59,469 nt of DNA, from IMG/VR virus record IMGVR_UViG_3300030207_002618, positions 1-59,469 of that record; one strand, 5' to 3'. The position numbers were made by a program, and so were the translations under genes. Shown here piece after piece: positions 1 to 6,699 of the stretch. The DNA comes from a virus (lineage: Duplodnaviria > Caudoviricetes). Within the stretch, counting starts at the first letter, position 1; each line of letters starts with the position of its first letter. The notes under the pieces were generated by a model. The model had not been told where the DNA came from, did no database searches, and was given only the letters and a program-made list of their open reading frames with translations.

Positions 1-172
1 CGCAAAATACTGGGTCAAACAGGGGACGATGGACGGTGACGTTGTTGTATCAGTACTAAACGTATCATCAAAGAAGTCCGACATAATCAAACTTCTGAAC
101 AGTATAGATGGCAACAAATCATCCCATAAAGCAACGACTATTATGTCGTATAAATCAGAGATGGGGGGGTAG
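1..172 (+). CDS. Hypothetical protein, 5'-truncated (homolog of 50873-51136)
   Basis: Nucleotide match to the 3' part of 50873-51136; stop TAG at 170-172. Confidence 0.75.
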   Translation, partial: AKYWVKQGTMDGDVVVSVLNVSSKKSDIIKLLNSIDGNKSSHKATTIMSYKSEMGG

Positions 173-174
173 TG

Positions 175-453
175 ATGTCAGAGGAAGGATACTTTGAGTT
201 GCTTGTAGAACGCAACGATTTGAAACGAAACAATGCTCGTTTGATTGAAGCGGTTGAGTGTTTGCTTAGTGCAATCAAGATTGGACATTTATGCTTTAAG
301 GAGGATGCCCATACTGGTGATTGGTTGCTTGCAAAGTCAAAGGCTGAGTCTGTTGTTGCTCATTCAAAACCACAAGAGGTCGATGAAGATGGAATACCAT
401 TAGGTAGACCATTGCCATATCCAGAGTGTTGGCCTCCAGGCGGAGGTCAGTGA
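175..453 (+). CDS. Hypothetical protein (allele A-specific insertion)
   Basis: ORF with G-rich SD; TGATG coupling to next gene; absent at the equivalent junction in allele B. Confidence 0.65.
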   Translation: MSEEGYFELLVERNDLKRNNARLIEAVECLLSAIKIGHLCFKEDAHTGDWLLAKSKAESVVAHSKPQEVDEDGIPLGRPLPYPECWPPGGGQ

Positions 454-815
454 TGTCGTTTTCTCATAAGTTTCCAAGCACAGTAATGATTGCTGGGTAT
501 TTGGAAAACGTAAAAGCAATGCAACCATCAAAGCATTCAGGAAAGAGGTGTGTTGGTACTCTGTACAATCCAGCAGTTTGGAAAAACAAATCCAAGAATG
601 AGCCGGCAACAGCGCAGCAGTTTGACCTTCGTGTTCCGCTTATTGGATTCGGAAAGATTGCAGAACTAATGGTTCAGTACTCAATGCAGGGAGACCTCGT
701 TGCAGTTGTGGGCAGACTTGTGCAGCTACGTCAAGGCAAAGACCAGTTTGTAACTGGGTTATACATAGAACTCCTTAAAACTCTCGATGATGAGGAAGAG
801 TACGATGAGCATTAA
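453..815 (+). CDS. SSB-like OB-fold protein
   Basis: VMIAGYL...IGFGKIAE...GDLVAVVGRL resembles the SSB fold; acidic tail; homolog at 51136; start moved to ATG 453 (TGATG overlap). Confidence 0.6.
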   Translation: MSFSHKFPSTVMIAGYLENVKAMQPSKHSGKRCVGTLYNPAVWKNKSKNEPATAQQFDLRVPLIGFGKIAELMVQYSMQGDLVAVVGRLVQLRQGKDQFVTGLYIELLKTLDDEEEYDEH

Positions 816-1779
816 ATACAAAACAGTTAGTGACTTGGATGGAAATGAGTTTGATTTTCCAGAACTTTCAGAACAAATATCAAGCAGGCTTGCCAATCCG
901 GGTAGGCTTTACAGTGACGTTCATTGTGCAAAGAGTCTTGGAGAATCAATCCTTAGACAGTTGAGCGAAGAAAGGCACGCGACAGGTGGTCTTCGTTTAT
1001 CTCAAAGTGGAGCATGCATTAAGCAGCTTGCCTATCAGTACCATCACTACAAAACTGATGGAATGCAGATTGGTGCTGCATCTAAGATTGCTTTTACAAT
1101 CGGAGATATAACGGAGGCAATCATTGTCTCAGCTTTAGCTGAGTGTTTTGATTCACCGAAAAGCAAGTTGATGGGTGCGCTTACCTTTGCAGGTAGCGAC
1201 CAGGAAACAGTGCATATGGATGTAACTCTTGGCGAGGCCACATCCCAAACAGCCAAAATCCCTGGTCATCCAGACGGGACCATTGGCTTCATGGATAGCG
1301 AAATGAATGCTCGTTCAGCAATCCTTGAGGTCAAGTCAATGTCTGACTATGGGTACAGAAAGTTTGTAAAGGAGGGCCTGGGTCGAAGCGATTCATACTA
1401 TTCGCAAGTGCAATCTTATATGCATTGCAAGGGTTTGAAGTGGACCTACCTCGTTGCATACAACAAATCTGCTGGCGCAAGGGATGCAGAAGTCAGTGAC
1501 AATGGAGACTGGTTCCCTGTACCTGCACTCAGTGGTCAGTGGATTCCATATGATGAAGAGCATGCTCTTTACATTCAAGACAAGTTTAGACAGGTGATTC
1601 AAAGCAAGTCAGCCGAAGACTTTGCAAGACCTTACTCGTCTAACAAAAAGGGTCAGTTGGCATTTCCATGTGACTACTGCTCCTATTTCAAAACATGCTT
1701 CCCTCTTTGCAGTGAAGAGGTGGTCGAGTCCAAATGGTTAACAAAAAGCACCAAGATCAAGGTGATTGCAGGAGAGTGA
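805..1779 (+). CDS. Cas4-like PD-(D/E)XK exonuclease
   Basis: HPDG...LEVKS...YYSQVQSYM motifs; N-terminal Cys plus C-terminal CDYC-x5-C (Fe-S cluster pattern). Confidence 0.85.
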   Translation: MSIKYKTVSDLDGNEFDFPELSEQISSRLANPGRLYSDVHCAKSLGESILRQLSEERHATGGLRLSQSGACIKQLAYQYHHYKTDGMQIGAASKIAFTIGDITEAIIVSALAECFDSPKSKLMGALTFAGSDQETVHMDVTLGEATSQTAKIPGHPDGTIGFMDSEMNARSAILEVKSMSDYGYRKFVKEGLGRSDSYYSQVQSYMHCKGLKWTYLVAYNKSAGARDAEVSDNGDWFPVPALSGQWIPYDEEHALYIQDKFRQVIQSKSAEDFARPYSSNKKGQLAFPCDYCSYFKTCFPLCSEEVVESKWLTKSTKIKVIAGE

Positions 1780-1783
1780 TAAA

Positions 1784-2221
1784 ATGATCAATAAAGTAAT
1801 GTTAGTTGGTAAAGTCAAGAGTGAGCCTACGCAGCGTGGTGCTGCCGTTCAGTTCAGGATTGGCACTTGGAGAATCATCGCAGATGGCAGGAAGTTTGAC
1901 TCAACGCATAGTGTCGAGGCTTTTGGTCGGAACGGTGAGATTGCTTCTACACTAAAGGTAGGTGAACTTGTTGCAGTTGAAGGGTCTATTAAACATTCTT
2001 CGTATGAAAAGAATGGACAGAAGGTTTGGTTCACGAGTGTCAGTGCATCATCGGTCGGTCGAGCCGGAGAGCCTGCACAGGAAAGCTCTTCGCAAAGCAA
2101 TGGAGGCCAGGAGGTTGGTGGTGAATCACCCGCAAGCTATCCTCCGAATAAAGCTGAAGCCGGAAATGGTGGAAATGGTGAGGCTCCGTATGCAGGATAC
2201 GATAAAAGCTATGGCTTCTAA
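1784..2221 (+). CDS. ssb: Single-stranded DNA-binding protein
   Basis: MINKVMLVG, EAFG, GELVAVEGSI..SSYEKNG motifs; G/P-rich linker ending in aromatic residue. Confidence 0.9.
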   Translation: MINKVMLVGKVKSEPTQRGAAVQFRIGTWRIIADGRKFDSTHSVEAFGRNGEIASTLKVGELVAVEGSIKHSSYEKNGQKVWFTSVSASSVGRAGEPAQESSSQSNGGQEVGGESPASYPPNKAEAGNGGNGEAPYAGYDKSYGF

Positions 2222-2447
2222 TCAAAACAAAGTTTGTCCAAGTGATGATACTGTAGGTCCAATCCTTGTAATCCCTCACACTCCGTCCGCTATGGGGCGT
2301 AGTGTTGAGAGGATTGTAGATGATGGCGTTACTGTTGTTTCAGTCAATACATTTGGCAAAATGATGGGAGTTCTTTTTAGCGACGGAGATGAATCCTTGT
2401 ACTGGTACCGAGCCCCTGAGCGCGGTGCAGACTTTGGATTGAACTAA
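2211..2447 (+). CDS. Hypothetical protein
   Basis: Conserved with 52822-53037 (VIPHTP...LFSDGD..LYWYR); start re-assigned to ATG 2211. Confidence 0.75.
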   Translation: MASNQNKVCPSDDTVGPILVIPHTPSAMGRSVERIVDDGVTVVSVNTFGKMMGVLFSDGDESLYWYRAPERGADFGLN

Positions 2448-2980
2448 TGAATGCGACCAGTCATACAGAAAAGCAAAGTATTTACATTGGGATTGACCCA
2501 GGTAAAGATGGAGCCCTTGTTGCAATCGACTCCGATGGGAAGATTAAGGCAAGCTTTATGACTGGTCGTGATTTTACTATGACCATTGGTAAAGGTTCTA
2601 AGAGAGAGTACATGGTCTCTCGTATGGCGTATGCTTTAAAGTGCTTGGGAGGGCACAGTAATATAAAGTTAGCAGTCATAGAAAAGCAGTCTGCAAGACC
2701 AGGACAAGGTGTCACGTCAACATTCAGCACTGGGTACGGATACGGACTCTGGGTTGGGGTTCTTTCTGCAAATGGGATTCCATTTGTGGAGGTCCGTCCT
2801 AAGACTTGGGTTAGCTCAATACTCAAGGACGTTCCCGGTGAAGGCAAAAACCGCTCAGTTTACGCTGTGATGAATCGTTTGCCTGAACTGGACCTTACCC
2901 CTGGTAAGAAGCGTAAGCCCCATGACGGGCTTGCTGATGCAGCCTGCTTGGCACTTTACTCAATGCACCTTGAGGTGTAG
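2447..2980 (+). CDS. ruvC: RuvC-like Holliday junction resolvase
   Basis: IGIDPG, AVIEKQ, STFSTGYGYG, HDGLADAACLA catalytic motifs. Confidence 0.9.
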   Translation: MNATSHTEKQSIYIGIDPGKDGALVAIDSDGKIKASFMTGRDFTMTIGKGSKREYMVSRMAYALKCLGGHSNIKLAVIEKQSARPGQGVTSTFSTGYGYGLWVGVLSANGIPFVEVRPKTWVSSILKDVPGEGKNRSVYAVMNRLPELDLTPGKKRKPHDGLADAACLALYSMHLEV

Positions 2981-3043
2981 TTCAATTGGCAGAACGCCCG
3001 ACTGTTACTCGGGAAGTTGGTGGTTCGAGTCCATCCGCCTCAG
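2971..3043 (+). tRNA. tRNA-Asn (GTT)
   Basis: Acceptor TGAGGTG/CGCCTCA, D arm GTTC/GAAC, anticodon arm CCCGA-CTGTTAC-TCGGG, T loop TTCGAGT; CCA not encoded. Confidence 0.9.
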
Positions 3044-3048
3044 AATCT

Positions 3049-3113
3049 CCTTACCCTTCGCAATCACGTTGATGTTGCATGACATCATCTCCCACCGATT
3101 GCGGGGGGTAAGG
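3049..3113 (+). ncRNA. Putative structured ncRNA downstream of tRNA-Asn
   Basis: Long outer stem plus inner hairpin; core identical in allele B with compensatory changes in outer stem. Confidence 0.55.
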
Positions 3114-3128
3114 CTTCCACTTTAAGAT

Positions 3129-4019
3129 ATGGCAAGCAAACGAATATACAAAAGAAAGACTGACGTTTATCCCAACAAAGCATTCTATGAAGGCAGGGTA
3201 GATCTAAATAAACTTGGAATACCGATTGGTTGGTATCACAAGAAGAAAGGCAAAAAGACTAAGTGGACAATCTTGAATGCAGGATTGATACAGATTGGAA
3301 TCACAAACCATGTTCTCGGTCTTGCACCAGACAGGAAAGAAATCTTTCTGGGTAGGAACGGAAAGCTTTGGAGATACGAAAGCAAACTTCTGCCAAGCCC
3401 TGTCCCAAATACATTGGGATTCGATAAAGAGGACTTGAATGCATGGGCTGATGCTTGTGCAAGGATGGTTATCGACCGCCTTACACCGAGGAACGAAGCC
3501 ACATTAACAGAGCAATCCCACTACAGATACAGGAAGATAGTCCAAGCCCTTGTCAATCAGCGGATACTTGATTCAGCAGCCATTGGTTATGAGTGTACTG
3601 CGTTATCATTTGCTCGTGGCATATCTGTAGAATGGACAGCGCATGACTTGCTATATCCAAGGCACGCCACAATCAGGCACGCTACCCTGGTCGCACTTGT
3701 TCTTGCATTAGAGGCAGACAAAGCGGCACAGCTAATAGAGCTTGCAGCACTCATTGAAATGAGAATCCCTTTTATATCAAGAGAAGCTGCGCTATCGATA
3801 TATCAACAGGCAGTGTCATTGCTTGCAAGGCTTTGCCCGCAATGGTGGAACCAGGGCTACACATGTAGATGGGAACTCGTTGGTGACATTGACAAAGTAT
3901 TTAGAGCGCAATATATTCGTATTACAGAAAGTGCTTGGGACAACGGCATTCAATTTGAAACAGCAGGGGGGCTTGTCCTTCGGAATCTTATTGATTCTGA
4001 CCCCTTTGCAGAAGAGTAG
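3129..4019 (+). CDS. Hypothetical protein (allele A-specific)
   Basis: 296-aa ORF filling the interval; no recognised motif. Confidence 0.7.
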   Translation: MASKRIYKRKTDVYPNKAFYEGRVDLNKLGIPIGWYHKKKGKKTKWTILNAGLIQIGITNHVLGLAPDRKEIFLGRNGKLWRYESKLLPSPVPNTLGFDKEDLNAWADACARMVIDRLTPRNEATLTEQSHYRYRKIVQALVNQRILDSAAIGYECTALSFARGISVEWTAHDLLYPRHATIRHATLVALVLALEADKAAQLIELAALIEMRIPFISREAALSIYQQAVSLLARLCPQWWNQGYTCRWELVGDIDKVFRAQYIRITESAWDNGIQFETAGGLVLRNLIDSDPFAEE

Positions 4020-4026
4020 GAGGTAC

Positions 4027-4923
4027 ATGATGGGAAGAACCCGACATGTTTGGACAGATAAGATGATTGAATTGCTCGGAACAGACTCCGATGCAAACAT
4101 TGCTAAGAAGATTGGGTATAGTTCCACCACCGTTTACAAGAAAAGAAAATCTCTTGGCATTGCTTCTGCAAAAAAGAAGGAGATGGAAACGAGAAAAGAG
4201 GTCGGCGGCTACAATCGTTTAATGCCAGTAAAGAAAGCAAGGTCAGACCAGAAGTTGCTAAACAGATACCCAGGAATCTCTGAACACCTTGCATCAAAAA
4301 ACAATACTCTTGTTGGTGAGATCTATGGAATCAGCAGAGAGAGAGCGAGGCAGATAAGAGAGCAGTTAAATATACCAAGGCCAAAGCACAATATACTTTC
4401 TAAGCTTAGTGATGTAGACCAAGAGTTTATAAAGCAAAACATGGGCAAGATGCCCGACGCGCAGCTTGCAAGGATGCTTTCTGTAGCACAACAAACGATT
4501 ACAAAGTACAGACAATCTAATGGTATTGCTTGCTATCGTGACAAGATGCTACTTAAAAAGAAAGAGCTTATAAAGACTCAGGTTCATCGGCTTGGTATTG
4601 ATAGCGACCGACAAATAGCATCAGATCTTGATGGTGTTGAACAGCAAGATGTTTATAGGTTCCGCAAAAATCTTGGGATTAAAGCAAACAAAAAACATTC
4701 TCGTCGATGGCAGTCACTCGACCGTGAGACACGAGACTTTCTAATCACAAAGTTTTACAAAGACGGGTATACAGACGAACAGATTGCGGAACAGATTCAC
4801 TATGCCGAAACTACTGTTGCACAAATACGTAGTCAGCTTGGTCTCGTAAAGTGGAATCGAACGAACCAAGCGTCACGCGAGGATGATGCGCCCGAGTCGT
4901 ACACGGATGAGGCGGCTGTGTAG
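4027..4923 (+). CDS. Multi-HTH DNA-binding protein (five tandem HTH units)
   Basis: Repeated LG...D..IA....S...V...R..LGI units; one with sigma70 region-4-like SRERARQI; SD AGGAGG before ATG 4027; homolog 54358-55206. Confidence 0.75.
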   Translation: MMGRTRHVWTDKMIELLGTDSDANIAKKIGYSSTTVYKKRKSLGIASAKKKEMETRKEVGGYNRLMPVKKARSDQKLLNRYPGISEHLASKNNTLVGEIYGISRERARQIREQLNIPRPKHNILSKLSDVDQEFIKQNMGKMPDAQLARMLSVAQQTITKYRQSNGIACYRDKMLLKKKELIKTQVHRLGIDSDRQIASDLDGVEQQDVYRFRKNLGIKANKKHSRRWQSLDRETRDFLITKFYKDGYTDEQIAEQIHYAETTVAQIRSQLGLVKWNRTNQASREDDAPESYTDEAAV

Positions 4924-4980
4924 GCGCACACACGCGCACCTGGAGGATTTTTCCCTACTACGTAGGGCCAAGATCGCAGC

Positions 4981-5009
4981 TTGACAGCCCTGGGGGGGGC
5001 CGTTAACCT
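4981..5009 (+). promoter_or_regulatory. Sigma70-like promoter
   Basis: TTGACA-N17-TAACCT in intergenic region upstream of glycosylase gene. Confidence 0.65.
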
Positions 5010-5075
5010 GGGGTGAACTGGGGCCAGTCTGGACCAGTCAAACCAAGCCGTCAAAGTTGGCGGAAAGGATTAGCA

Positions 5076-5567
5076 ATGAATATATTCGTCGTAGATAAAC
5101 ACCCACAAACAGCAGCGCGAATGCTTTGTGATGAGCATGTAGTAAAGATGGCTCTTGAGTCAGCACAGATGTTGTGTACTGCAATCAACGAAAGCGGTGG
5201 ACAAGCTCCATACAAGTCAACACACAAGAACCATCCTTGCAATGTCTGGGCAAGAGAAACGCTTGGCAACTGGCTTTGGTTGTATGACCACGGGATGGCA
5301 TTGTGCGATGAGTACTTGCTGCGATTCCAGAAGGGCAATGCAGAGAAGAAAGACCACAAGTGCCGGTCGATTATGTTTGAGTGCCTTAAAATATTAGACG
5401 GAAAAAGTTTTATTACTGGTCTTGGAAAGACTCCGCATCCTCTTTGCATGCCCGACGAGTACAAGACAGACAACGTAGTTCAGTCATACCAAGACTTTTA
5501 CAACATGGAAAAGTGTGACTTTGCAACGTGGAAACACTCAGACCCACCGCAATGGTGGGCTTGGTAA
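5076..5567 (+). CDS. Pyrimidine-dimer DNA glycosylase family protein (DenV-related)
   Basis: MNIF...AARMLCDEHVVKMALESAQML...THKNHPC..W signature. Confidence 0.8.
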   Translation: MNIFVVDKHPQTAARMLCDEHVVKMALESAQMLCTAINESGGQAPYKSTHKNHPCNVWARETLGNWLWLYDHGMALCDEYLLRFQKGNAEKKDHKCRSIMFECLKILDGKSFITGLGKTPHPLCMPDEYKTDNVVQSYQDFYNMEKCDFATWKHSDPPQWWAW

Positions 5568-5592
5568 ACCGGACATATTGTGTCCACATTCA

Positions 5593-5676
5593 GCTTGGAT
5601 GGTGGAATAGGTATACACAGGAGACTTAAAATCTCCCGGCATTATTGCCATGCGGGTTCGATTCCCGCTCCAAGCA
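5593..5676 (+). tRNA. tRNA-Leu (TAA)
   Basis: Acceptor GCTTGGA/TCCAAGC, anticodon arm GGAGA-CTTAAAA-TCTCC, long variable arm, T arm GCGGG-TTCGATT-CCCGC. Confidence 0.92.
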
Positions 5677-5708
5677 CCTTCTCTGATACAGAGTAAACAA
5701 CACCTTCA

Positions 5709-6038
5709 ATGGAGGAAATCATGTCCTACAATCCAGAGAGTGCAATCGCACATCTCAATAACACTATCTACCTTTTGCATCAGCTTCATGATGACGCGAA
5801 AGTATTGCATGTATCTGCATCAAATGATGGTGCATCCGTTCAGCTTACCGAAGAAGACTTCGATGCATTTTGTGAAAGCTCAGGCATCGATGACTGCATC
5901 GTAAAGGTAGGTTCAAACGATACAATGCACTGTTCAGTAATCTTGCATCTTGGTGACTCACGAGTTGAGTTGATTACCGTCAAAGAGTTTGACCTTGATT
6001 TTCTAATCAAAGCAAGGCAGCAAGAGGAGGTGTTTTAA
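5709..6038 (+). CDS. Hypothetical protein (allele A-specific)
   Basis: ORF with TAATG coupling to next gene; start may be ATG 5721 after GGAGG. Confidence 0.65.
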   Translation: MEEIMSYNPESAIAHLNNTIYLLHQLHDDAKVLHVSASNDGASVQLTEEDFDAFCESSGIDDCIVKVGSNDTMHCSVILHLGDSRVELITVKEFDLDFLIKARQQEEVF

Positions 6039-6241
6039 TGCCATCATCAATCATAGAAGATCTTGCAATGGCAAGAGACGTATTGTCTGACATACGTTCA
6101 ACAATAAAAATCAAAAAGCATAGGTGCTCGGCCTGCAATGCAGAAAGCTGGGACAACTTTGAAAAGTACAAAATGAAACTCAACATTGATGGGGCATTGA
6201 GCCGCATTGACAAAGCTATGGAGATTGCTCGTGACATCTAA
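6038..6241 (+). CDS. Small hypothetical protein with CxxC
   Basis: Conserved with 56197-56403 (EDL..AR..LSDI...CxxC...LDGAL.R..KAMEI). Confidence 0.75.
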   Translation: MPSSIIEDLAMARDVLSDIRSTIKIKKHRCSACNAESWDNFEKYKMKLNIDGALSRIDKAMEIARDI

Positions 6242-6587
6242 ACTTATTCCACCTCGTCCCGTTGGTGTCGTTTCTGTAGAGCAGGAAGAGTACACATTGT
6301 CGATTGGTAGCTATTTGAATGGCAATCTTGCAATCATGATGCATACAAAACAAGGAGAACCTTATGCAGTAGTGTCCAAAAACATTCCATCTATACCCGT
6401 AGATGGTGATCAGTTCTTTGTGAACTGGTACAACTTGAGTCCTGTTATCCTTGACTCACTATCTAAATGCGGATTCTTTGAAGATACAGGCAGCAGAATC
6501 CGTCCCGATGGCTCTCATGTGGAGCTTCCGCTTTGGCAAATGAGTAGCCAGGTAAAAGTACTTCACATGTCAAGCAATGAGGAGTGA
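6231..6587 (+). CDS. DUF4313-like hypothetical protein
   Basis: Y.NGNLAI...GEPYAVVS.N...GFFEDTG pattern; conserved with 56390-56749. Confidence 0.6.
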   Translation: MTSKLIPPRPVGVVSVEQEEYTLSIGSYLNGNLAIMMHTKQGEPYAVVSKNIPSIPVDGDQFFVNWYNLSPVILDSLSKCGFFEDTGSRIRPDGSHVELPLWQMSSQVKVLHMSSNEE

Positions 6588-6602
6588 GAGCCCAGCCCAA
6601 AA

Positions 6603-6650
6603 GGGGGTGCTACACTCCCTGAACGAAGTGAAGGGAGGTGTAGCATCCCC
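6603..6650 (+). other. Conserved long hairpin with TGAACGAAGTGAA cap (copy 1)
   Basis: About 17-bp stem with a 3' purine bulge; homologous elements at 55210-55256 and 56766-56813. Confidence 0.8.
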
Positions 6651-6699
6651 ACCCTTCAAAAAAAATCACCCCGTCGGTAGTACCGGCAAAGGAAATCAG

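Noticed and set aside
805-1779. Cas4 as sign of a CRISPR-Cas system
   Set aside because: No cas1/cas2 or other cas genes and no repeat-spacer array seen; solo Cas4-like nucleases are common in phage recombination modules.
2922-3125. ORF across tRNA-Asn, and the N-terminal extension of 53559-53978
   Set aside because: These overlap the tRNA and the structured RNA; the shared peptide reflects RNA conservation. The real B gene starts at 53721 after GGAGG.
5593-5676. Duplicated tRNAs as attL/attR of a prophage
   Set aside because: Both copies are complete, internally substituted and embedded in phage genes; no integrase or host DNA is present.
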